IMG/VR virus record: IMGVR_UViG_3300039071_000050
Coordinates: 1 to 39,917 of that record
DNA length: 39,917 nucleotides
Direction: 5' to 3' (one strand)
Source: a virus
Positions 16,624 to 23,210 of the stretch are shown here, in pieces. The position numbers and the translations under genes were made by a program. Position 1 is the first letter of the stretch, and each line of letters starts with the position of its first letter. The notes beneath the pieces are model-generated. The model worked only from the letters and a program-made list of their open reading frames with translations, made no database searches and was not told where the DNA came from.

Positions 16624-17307
16624 TCAGAGCCAGCCTTGGGATAGGTAAGCGAATGCTGTTGCTGCCACGATTGGAACTTGGCCATTGCCAGTGGCGTTAT
16701 ATCGGTCCACCCGATTGGCCAGCCCATTAGCCATTCCTGTGCTTCTGGGGTTGGCCGACCAAACACGGTGCTCCATGCTCTGGCGGATGGCCATTTCTGC
16801 ATTGAAGGAGCGCAGTAGTTCGCTTTCGTCGTCGGCGTGTGCAAGAAGCCAATGCCGCTCCCGAACGTGGTCAGCACCCAAGTCTTCCGCGCCAAGGGAA
16901 ATAGCGCGGGCTTCGTAACCCATCTCTTCCAGTTCGTCGGCCGCTCTATCAATCGCGCGTCTTTGGACGTTCTCGGCAAATACGTACCTGGGAGCGACAT
17001 CTGCCACGATCCGTCGCATCTCCGGCCAGAGATCATCCGCAGTGTTTCTTCCATGAGCCGCCGAGGTGTAGGCCTGGCAGGGAAACCCTCCAGAAACCAC
17101 GTCAACAAGTCCTCTCCAAGGTCGTCCGTCAAAGGTGCGAACGTCATCCCAGATCGGGAAGGGCGGGAGAATGCCGTCATTTTGTCGCTGGGCAAGAACG
17201 CTTGCGGCGTAGGGCTCGAACTCGACAGCGCAGACAGTGCGCCAGCCGAGCAGGTGGCCGCCGAGTATTCCACCACCAGCACCCGCGAATAGAGCCAACT
17301 CATTCAT
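16624..17307 (-). CDS. DNA (cytosine-5) methyltransferase, orphan, short target-recognition region
   Basis: 227 aa. Motif I FAGAGGG, motif IV GGFPCQ, motif VI ENV, motif X GNGQVP. No adjacent endonuclease gene. Confidence 0.85.
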   Translation of the reverse strand: MNELALFAGAGGGILGGHLLGWRTVCAVEFEPYAASVLAQRQNDGILPPFPIWDDVRTFDGRPWRGLVDVVSGGFPCQAYTSAAHGRNTADDLWPEMRRIVADVAPRYVFAENVQRRAIDRAADELEEMGYEARAISLGAEDLGADHVRERHWLLAHADDESELLRSFNAEMAIRQSMEHRVWSANPRSTGMANGLANRVDRYNATGNGQVPIVAATAFAYLSQGWL

Positions 17308-17315
17308 TGATGCTC

Positions 17316-17501
17316 CTAGGCAGCCCCCGCCATCTTCAGCTCAGCGTCGATCTCGTCGATTCGGTGCTGGATGTTGGCGATGGTCTTGGCTGCGCGCTGC
17401 TTGGCAGCGAAGTCCATGCCGGCGAAGTAGGTTTTGATCAGATGCACGCTCTGGACGTACTCGCGGCGCTGGGCGTGCAGTTCTTCGGTTGTCATGAACA
17501 T
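17316..17501 (-). CDS. Hypothetical helical protein (61 aa)
   Basis: 3' part of track ORF 17316..17717, starting at MFMTTEELHAQRREY. Confidence 0.45.
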   Translation of the reverse strand: MFMTTEELHAQRREYVQSVHLIKTYFAGMDFAAKQRAAKTIANIQHRIDEIDAELKMAGAA

Positions 17502-17509
17502 GGGGCACC

Positions 17510-18058
17510 TCAGTGCATGTGCTTGCGCGCGTGGTTGCGGGGGATGTCTGAGCCGCTGCGGAACTCGATTCCGTGTTCTGCGGCAATCTTGAGCAGGGTG
17601 TAGCGGTTGAGGCCGGTAGTCCGCGAAACCTCGGTCATGCAGAAGTTCCGGGCCAATCGCTTGATCTGCTCCAGGTCCTCGATGTTCGGCTTGCAGCGGT
17701 CGAAGCGGCGTACGCACTTGAAGCCGTAGCGGCTCTCGATGCGCTTGATGCCGCTCTCGCTGTAGCCGGTGGCCGCTGCGACCTCTGGCACAGTCATGGT
17801 CTGGGCCATGTCGCGCAGGGTGGAGACAACGTGCTCCGGCAACTGGTTGGCCTTGTAGCGTTCCAGCCGGCGCTCCGGTGTTTCTCGCGGCTTCTCGACG
17901 CGCTTGCGGCGCTTGGGTTCGTGGCGAACTGGCAGGTACTCGACCCGAAAGGGACTATCCAGCCCCTCCATACTCGGCTCGACATACCCCGGCAGCGACC
18001 GGAGCCAGTCCTGTGCCGCTGCGTTCTGCTGGATGGTTGAGAGTTCGTGGCTGATCAT
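17510..18058 (-). CDS. Putative DNA-binding protein with two HTH-like segments (182 aa)
   Basis: VPEVAAATGYSESGIKRIE and MTEVSRTTGLNRYTLLKIA look like HTH motifs. ATGA overlap with the exonuclease gene. Confidence 0.5.
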   Translation of the reverse strand: MISHELSTIQQNAAAQDWLRSLPGYVEPSMEGLDSPFRVEYLPVRHEPKRRKRVEKPRETPERRLERYKANQLPEHVVSTLRDMAQTMTVPEVAAATGYSESGIKRIESRYGFKCVRRFDRCKPNIEDLEQIKRLARNFCMTEVSRTTGLNRYTLLKIAAEHGIEFRSGSDIPRNHARKHMH

Positions 18059-18675
18059 GCGGCTAATACCCGCTCTAGGCGGGCCTCCATAATCTCGTGG
18101 AAGTCTTTCACGCGCTGGGCGAGACGCTCGATGTACGGCTCGTCACGGTGGGCGCGCACCAGGCACAGAGGCATCCCCGGCCAGTAGCCGAGAAAGTCGA
18201 TCCAGTCGCGCTCGCTGACCCAAAGGCCGCCTTGGCATTGCGCCATGTGCTCGTCTGGGACCTTGTTGTCGATGATCACGCTGACCAGCTTTTCGGGCAG
18301 CTTGGTCTTGACCTCGATCAGCCCGTCAGCACCGACAACGCCGTCTGGCGAGTAGCCGATGCCGTGGTTCAGGATGATGGTGACTTGCTCGACTGCTTCG
18401 GGCGGCAGGTCACGGCGAACGCAATACAACCCGCGCACAGCCGGCTCCAGCTCGTGCCCTCTGGCGCTACTGCCATTACCGCGCCAGGGTTCGGCTTCTT
18501 TGCCAGTGATCCGCTCGCCGATCAGCCTGTCCATGTAGGTGAAGGCGCCAACGCCGAAGCCGCCTTCACCCTTGCCCTTGACCATCAGCACGTCCAGCTC
18601 GGAACAGGTGGCTATCCCGAGGCGCAGCCCTTTCCATTCCTCGGTTCCCTGCTCAATGCCTCTGACGATCTGCAT
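18055..18675 (-). CDS. YqaJ-type viral recombinase exonuclease (lambda Exo-like)
   Basis: 206 aa. EEWKGLRLGIATCSE, GHELEP, SPDG...LIEVKT and QCQ motifs are typical of PD-(D/E)XK YqaJ exonucleases. Paired with Erf. Confidence 0.8.
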   Translation of the reverse strand: MQIVRGIEQGTEEWKGLRLGIATCSELDVLMVKGKGEGGFGVGAFTYMDRLIGERITGKEAEPWRGNGSSARGHELEPAVRGLYCVRRDLPPEAVEQVTIILNHGIGYSPDGVVGADGLIEVKTKLPEKLVSVIIDNKVPDEHMAQCQGGLWVSERDWIDFLGYWPGMPLCLVRAHRDEPYIERLAQRVKDFHEIMEARLERVLAA

Positions 18676-18678
18676 GGC

Positions 18679-19410
18679 CTACCCCTCGACGTTGTTGCTC
18701 GCGGACTTCTTGAGCATCGCCAGCACGCGGTCGAAGTCGTCTGCGGTGACTTCCTGCGGCGTGCCGTGGATTTCTGCGAAGGCCGTCTTGGCCTTGGCGC
18801 TGCACTGGTCCAGCAGTCGCTGGAGTTGCTGCGCCTGGATGTCGGTGATGGGGCGCTGCTTGGTGGCGGTGAACGCGTCGTCGTCTTCGCCGTGAGTGGT
18901 GAAGTTCAGGAGCGCGCCGGCCGTGTAGCGCTTGCCGTAGCTGACCGAGCTGGCGACGGCCTGCACTGCGTTCTTGTTGCCGCTGGTGTCGGCCGGTAGA
19001 AGGATTGAAGTGCGCTCGCTGTGCCCGGCGCGGTGACTTAGCACGCCTTCGACTTCGACGCCTTTTTCGTTGCGCGGGATGCGGAAGGAGAGGGCGAAGC
19101 CGTGCTTGGCCAGAATGGGCTTCAGCGCTTCGTTGATGTCCTCCCACAGCGCGTAGGTGTAGCGGTTTGCCGCGTCGCCACGCTCAGCGATGGATGGCAG
19201 CTCATGCTGCATAGCGGCCAGCGCCTCGGCGTACTGCTGCTCGGCCTGGCGCGCCTGGAAGCGCTCGTGCATCTGCATCAGCCGCTCCATTTTCTCGATG
19301 TCGCACTGAGGATCTGCGGCGGCGCGCTGGATGACCTGGAGGATGGTGGCCGATTCGCCGGCCTGGACGATGACGGCAGATTCCTGCCGCTCAGCAAGTG
19401 CTTGAGACAT
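18679..19410 (-). CDS. erf: ERF-family single-strand annealing protein
   Basis: 243 aa. YTYALWEDINEALKPILAKHGFAL and SSVSYGKRYTAGALLN match ERF-family signatures. Confidence 0.8.
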   Translation of the reverse strand: MSQALAERQESAVIVQAGESATILQVIQRAAADPQCDIEKMERLMQMHERFQARQAEQQYAEALAAMQHELPSIAERGDAANRYTYALWEDINEALKPILAKHGFALSFRIPRNEKGVEVEGVLSHRAGHSERTSILLPADTSGNKNAVQAVASSVSYGKRYTAGALLNFTTHGEDDDAFTATKQRPITDIQAQQLQRLLDQCSAKAKTAFAEIHGTPQEVTADDFDRVLAMLKKSASNNVEG

Positions 19411-19599
19411 GACTTCTCCCTGCCGCTACCGCAGCATGTGAGTTAGGAATAGGGTGGGGATGGCCGGTCCTATCTCAATACCGACGCTCTCGACGCGCTT
19501 CAAAGTCCGGCCGTAGCCTTAGCTCCACGCATTCATCCCCATAGAAGGCCTGTAACGCCGGCCAAGCGCCCGTGTCCTTTTACGGGCCGCGCTCGTTGG

Positions 19600-19734
19600 T
19601 TACGCGGTTTCCTCGAAGCGGATCACGCAAAGCGGGCCGCTGATGTAGGCGAAGCCGCCGCGAGTGAACCCGTACCGGGCTGCAAGCGCGCGGGCATCGG
19701 CAAGGGTCTTGCCGGCGAACTCTTGGGTTTTCAT
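19600..19734 (-). CDS. Possible small protein (44 aa)
   Basis: Below the track cutoff. ATGA overlap with the upstream gene. Sequence MKTQEFAGKTLADARALAARYGFTRGGFAYISGPLCVIRFEETA. Confidence 0.4.
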   Translation of the reverse strand: MKTQEFAGKTLADARALAARYGFTRGGFAYISGPLCVIRFEETA

Positions 19735-20063
19735 GATTCACCTCGGGCTTTGGCGATAGCGGCGCGCACTTTGTCAGCTGCGGCGACATTTGCGCTAAAC
19801 CGTGCAGCACCGCCTTCAGCTGCGCTGGAGTTTGGGATGAACGGAAGAATTGCCTCCAGAGCCTCCAAAAGCTCAGGGGCTGCGGCGATTAGGCTGGAGT
19901 TGGCCCTTACTTCTGCCAAGCAAAGCCCGCCCATGTCGCAATCCGCGATCATCCAGCCATCCCTAGATGAGGCTTCAATGCCCTCAGCATTCTTCGCGCC
20001 CAAATTTGTGAAGATGTCGGCGGTGTTAAAAACGTACCAAGGCCCCGGCGTATGTTTGCTCAT
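19731..20063 (-). CDS. Hypothetical protein, Ead/Ea22-like C-terminal type (110 aa)
   Basis: The HTPGPW and AAAPELLEALE motifs are typical of Ead/Ea22-like phage proteins. Confidence 0.5.
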   Translation of the reverse strand: MSKHTPGPWYVFNTADIFTNLGAKNAEGIEASSRDGWMIADCDMGGLCLAEVRANSSLIAAAPELLEALEAILPFIPNSSAAEGGAARFSANVAAADKVRAAIAKARGES

Positions 20064-20416
20064 GGCTTTTGCTCCTGCATGGCGGCGTCTATGGCGGCGT
20101 CAAGATCTCTAGCGTCTAGGTAAGTGGTCGCCCAGCATGTAGCGGCGCGCTCCCATCCGCTGATAAACACGGCAGAAATTCCGTATTCGGCCTCCTGATT
20201 ACGCAGCCACCGATACCGCGCATCGTTCTTCCTGCACGCCTCCAATTCGTCGAGAAGGGAGAGGATGGTGGAGGGGCTGGCCTTTGCCTGAAAATCTAGC
20301 GATGCGACTTCCGAATCTGAATAGCGGCGATCATCCTGCCAAGCTTCATGGCAGAAGTAGCCGGATGATTCAGCAGCCTCGGCCAGCCTCCGCAGCTCTG
20401 CGTATTTGTCGGTCAT
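20060..20416 (-). CDS. Hypothetical protein, Ead/Ea22-like (118 aa)
   Basis: ELRRLAEAAE...PSTILSLLDELE pattern. ATGA coupling. Confidence 0.5.
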   Translation of the reverse strand: MTDKYAELRRLAEAAESSGYFCHEAWQDDRRYSDSEVASLDFQAKASPSTILSLLDELEACRKNDARYRWLRNQEAEYGISAVFISGWERAATCWATTYLDARDLDAAIDAAMQEQKP

Positions 20417-20547
20417 TCCCGATCCTCCGCATCCAACCCCATGTCCTTGTCATAGGCAGCGCCGCTACGCAGCAGCGCCCAGGCGAAAGCGGCAGCTCCA
20501 AGGCCTGAGCCAAGCAGCGCCGCGATGATGAACAGGGCGTCTTTCAT
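20413..20547 (-). CDS. Small single-pass membrane protein (44 aa)
   Basis: Below the track cutoff. AGGAGG RBS; ATGA overlaps at both ends. Sequence MKDALFIIAALLGSGLGAAAFAWALL... Confidence 0.45.
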   Translation of the reverse strand: MKDALFIIAALLGSGLGAAAFAWALLRSGAAYDKDMGLDAEDRE

Positions 20548-21122
20548 GGGGCCTCCTGTTTGCGGTAGCCGGCGTCGTAGATGTGCTCACAGACTCGGCG
20601 AGATATGTCTGAGCCGGGCCACGGCGTGCCTATCAGCATTTGCTGAATTGCCTTCTCCCGCTCTTCCGCCGCGATCTGCTCGGGCGTGCGAATTGGGCGT
20701 AATTCTTCGCTTGTTGCTCCGTAGTAATAACCGGCCCCATCTTTCACTACAGAAACTTGAACGCCGGCATTTACATCCATTGCGATAACTTCGCACCGCT
20801 TCCAGTTGTTGGTGCTGATAAAAAGCTCACACACCGTCCCAACAGGCGGCAGGCCGGTGCCGGCCCAGGTCTCGCGCTCCTTGCCAGCAAACGCATCAGC
20901 CGCCTCGGCCACGCCGCGAAGCGTCTCAAGGAGATTGCGTACTGCTTCTTCTGGCGTCGATCCAGGCGCACTGAACTCACCAGCTCTTTCGCCAAGGCAC
21001 ACAATTTCGCTTTCATTGCCGATATGGGCATCCCACTCGTTTTGCCCATAGAAAAACAGCGCAAACTCCTTATCGCCAGGCTTCATCTGAATGCACTCAG
21101 CGATCATTTCTGAAAGGCTCAT
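20544..21122 (-). CDS. Hypothetical protein (192 aa)
   Basis: The track start at 21131 is GTG; the ATG at 21122 is in an ATGA overlap with the upstream stop. Confidence 0.5.
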   Translation of the reverse strand: MSLSEMIAECIQMKPGDKEFALFFYGQNEWDAHIGNESEIVCLGERAGEFSAPGSTPEEAVRNLLETLRGVAEAADAFAGKERETWAGTGLPPVGTVCELFISTNNWKRCEVIAMDVNAGVQVSVVKDGAGYYYGATSEELRPIRTPEQIAAEEREKAIQQMLIGTPWPGSDISRRVCEHIYDAGYRKQEAP

Positions 21123-21394
21123 GCTGCACACTCCATATCCTCAAGCTGGCGAACTCGGCTCAGCGCTTCCATTTCGACGAACTCAGCACGCTGCTTGTCC
21201 GCGCGACTCCAGATGCGCAGGATGGCGATTCGCTCCAGCGTCTCGTCGTCCCGCACGATGGCCTTGAACAGCTCCAGCATCACGTCGCTGTCCATGTTCT
21301 CCAGACAGTGCTCGGCGTACTGGTCGAGCGTGTCCGGGTCTTTTGCGTCGAGCGCTTCGTGAATCTGCTGCTCGTAGTCGGAGAGGGCTTTCAT
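21119..21394 (-). CDS. Hypothetical acidic protein (91 aa), first gene of the tightly coupled early-left block
   Basis: The track start at 21505 is TTG inside a terminator hairpin; the ATG at 21394 has GAGGA upstream. Confidence 0.5.
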   Translation of the reverse strand: MKALSDYEQQIHEALDAKDPDTLDQYAEHCLENMDSDVMLELFKAIVRDDETLERIAILRIWSRADKQRAEFVEMEALSRVRQLEDMECAA

Positions 21395-21477
21395 GGGCTG
21401 ATCCTCGCTATCGCCATAGGGAGCACCCCGACAGCCGCAGACCTTCCGCAAGGGCAGCGCCAGGGTGCTTCGTATGG

Positions 21478-21503
21478 GGAAAAAGAAGCCCGGCGTACCG
21501 GGC
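21478..21503 (-). terminator. Rho-independent terminator upstream of the early-left block (tL-like)
   Basis: On the minus strand: GCCCGG-TACG-CCGGGC followed by TTCTTTTTCC. Confidence 0.55.
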
Positions 21504-21797
21504 AAGGGGAGGGCAATGGCATTTGTGGAGTTTCTGAATCCTATCCGCCGAAGCGTGTCAGCCTTTTCTCTGGGTCATGACTCCCGAATTAATTGGCTGA
21601 ACTGACGTCATCTGGGATACGCGCGCCATACCCAGATATATTCACCAACAAGGCACTTCCCACTGAAGGGGTGCACTCAGAAACTCCCAAATGCCATCGT
21701 TCAAAAATTAGAGTTGCCGCCCTCTCGATCCTCGATCAGGCGGCGGCCCTGAGTTGCTCAGGGGGTAATCAGGCCCTGCTAACGGCAGGGCGGCGGC

Positions 21798-22055
21798 TTA
21801 ATGAGTCCGAATCGTTGAACCCTTGAAAAGCAGGCCTTGGCAAACTGCGCCTTCTACCTGAACTCCAGTCGGACCTGTGGCTCTGAATGCCGTCGAATAG
21901 GTGTCATCTTTCGAGCAGGCGAACCAGTCGTAGCCAGTGATTTCTACATTGCTGTAGCCCGCGGCGAGCAGAGCTTTCCTAGCAGATTGCGGATCGGTGC
22001 AACCGGCCGCACTGATAAGCGCAACCACCAGGATGGAGATCATGATTTTGCTCAT
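21798..22055 (-). CDS. Small lipoprotein (85 aa), moron
   Basis: Signal peptide plus lipobox MSKIMISILVVALISAAGC. GAGGG RBS. The mature part has 2 more Cys. Confidence 0.7.
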   Translation of the reverse strand: MSKIMISILVVALISAAGCTDPQSARKALLAAGYSNVEITGYDWFACSKDDTYSTAFRATGPTGVQVEGAVCQGLLFKGSTIRTH

Positions 22056-22108
22056 TGCATTTCCCTCTATCTCTGCCCCGCAGGGCGTTGTGCCGTTGGC
22101 TGGATGGG

Positions 22109-22179
22109 TATGCGAGCTGAGATTCGAACTCAGACTGTCGGGGCGCGACCCCTGCCTCTACCTATTGGGCTACTCGCAT
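22109..22179 (-). ncRNA. tRNA-like element with 5-nt anticodon loop (non-decoding); degenerate tRNA or structured RNA
   Basis: Read on the minus strand. Acceptor ATGCGAG/CTCGCAT; U8 A9; D arm GCCC-AATAGGTA-GAGG; anticodon arm GGGG-TCGCG-CCCC; variable region ACAGT; perfect T arm CTGAG-TTCGAAT-CTCAG; discriminator A. No encoded CCA. Confidence 0.5.
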
Positions 22180-22196
22180 ACCGATCCAGCCGGGAC

Positions 22197-22442
22197 CTAA
22201 ACCCCGGCTTTGATTTGATTCAGGCACATGCGCGAAAACCGCGTGATGTTCATGTGAGCCTTGATCGTCATTTCCCGGCGCTGCTCGATGTGAGCGCGCA
22301 TCGCAAGGTCGGCCAGGTTTGCCGGGTCTTTTTCCAGCTCGGCTATCGCTTCTTCGATTCCGCCAAACCACTTGGCAAGCAGCGTCGCGCAGGACATTGC
22401 CGCTTCGTTTACTACCTCTTCGCTTGCGTTGAAGGTGTTCAT
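22197..22442 (-). CDS. Hypothetical protein (81 aa), first ORF downstream of the candidate PL
   Basis: ATG at 22442 (track start 22478) with GGAG upstream. Helical; not Arg-rich. Confidence 0.5.
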   Translation of the reverse strand: MNTFNASEEVVNEAAMSCATLLAKWFGGIEEAIAELEKDPANLADLAMRAHIEQRREMTIKAHMNITRFSRMCLNQIKAGV

Positions 22443-22767
22443 CGCGTCACTCCGGTTGTCATCCCAAAGCGCCCTCATGCGAAGGCGCTTCAGTGATGCT
22501 TTCCGCCGCTCCTGCTTACGGGTCGTCCTCTCGGTTCAGCTTTCGCTTCGTCCGCCGTCGCAATGTCTGCGCGTTGGCAGGCTTTCGGGCCTGTCGGATC
22601 GCCGGTCGCCGTAGAGGCAGTCGCGGTTGTTTCCATCTGGATTTCTGTCGCCCGCCAGATGGCAGCTCGGGCTGACCTAGCCGGCTGGGCCGGGTTAGTC
22701 GTTCATGGCGCTGGTTGTTAAAGAGCTGGCCTTTCGGCCTGCCGGCGTTTCCGCTGGCGTTGGAAGA

Positions 22768-22796
22768 ACATTACAAGAGCTTTTTGTAGTGCGCAA
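22768..22796 (-). promoter_or_regulatory. Candidate PL promoter with operator between -35 and -10
   Basis: Minus strand TTGCGC-N17-TAATGT. The spacer holds the inverted repeat TACAA-N7-TTGTA, which shares the hexamer used in the cI/cro operators. Confidence 0.35.
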
Positions 22797-22848
22797 GAGG
22801 TGATTGTAAATTTTCACGCAATTTCTCCTTGTGCCTTGCTTGTAGGCA

Positions 22849-22873
22849 CAAAAAAGCCCGCGCTAGGCGGGCT
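22849..22873 (-). terminator. Rho-independent terminator of the cI operon
   Basis: Minus strand AGCCCGC-CTAGC-GCGGGCT followed by TTTTTTG. Confidence 0.7.
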
Positions 22874-22888
22874 GGTTCGGTGTGCTTG

Positions 22889-22951
22889 TTAGCGCTGGAT
22901 CAGGTAGGCACCCAGAACTATGGCGGCCAGGATCAGGACCTCGGCGCTCAT
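22889..22951 (-). CDS. Possible 20-aa hydrophobic peptide (MSAEVLILAAIVLGAYLIQR)
   Basis: TGATG overlap with the upstream stop. Ends 16 nt before the terminator. Very short, so uncertain. Confidence 0.3.
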   Translation of the reverse strand: MSAEVLILAAIVLGAYLIQR

Positions 22952-23199
22952 CAGTCCTCCTCGGCATCCCATAGGGTGCCGTAGGCGCCGCAGTTGCGCT
23001 CAAGGGAGGCCATAGCTTCGTCTGGCTTGTATGCGCCAGACCGCCAGCCGTCGATGTTGGCCTGGACAAGGGCACGGCAGTTTGCCGGGAAGCCGTTGGA
23101 GTAGCGCGCCTCGCTGTTGGGGCGCTCATAGACAAGGGCGCGGCCAGTCAGGAAGCCTCCAACAAGGCATACGATGGTGATGATTTCCTTCTTGCCCAT
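22951..23199 (-). CDS. Small membrane-anchored protein (82 aa) co-oriented downstream of cI
   Basis: GAGGAGGA RBS. N-terminal TM segment IITIVCLVGGFLTG, then a soluble domain with 2 Cys. Occupies the rex/sie-like position. Confidence 0.6.
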   Translation of the reverse strand: MGKKEIITIVCLVGGFLTGRALVYERPNSEARYSNGFPANCRALVQANIDGWRSGAYKPDEAMASLERNCGAYGTLWDAEED

Positions 23200-23210
23200 G
23201 CCCGTCCTCC

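Noticed and set aside
16614-17303. Alternative 229-aa frame overlapping the methyltransferase gene.
   Set aside because: The other frame (16624-17307) carries all the C5-MTase motifs. This frame has none.
19580-19810. 76-aa minus-strand ORF from the track, and the plus-strand ORFs 22372-22614 and 22493-22675 in the PL leader.
   Set aside because: They are Arg/Pro-rich in composition, lack an RBS and overlap better-supported genes or structured leader RNA.
21610-21637. Inverted repeat ATCTGGG-N14-CCCAGAT next to a TATAT-rich stretch, considered as a promoter/operator for the early-left block.
   Set aside because: No acceptable -35/-10 pair with proper spacing could be found on the minus strand. 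It is kept only as an alternative in the PL finding.
21747-21790. Two perfect hairpins after the lipoprotein gene, considered as rho-independent terminators.
   Set aside because: Neither is followed by a U-tract on the transcribed (minus) strand. The function is unclear.
22109-22179. Functional decoding tRNA gene.
   Set aside because: The anticodon loop is 5 nt, two D-stem pairs are mismatched and there is no CCA. It is reported instead as a tRNA-like element.
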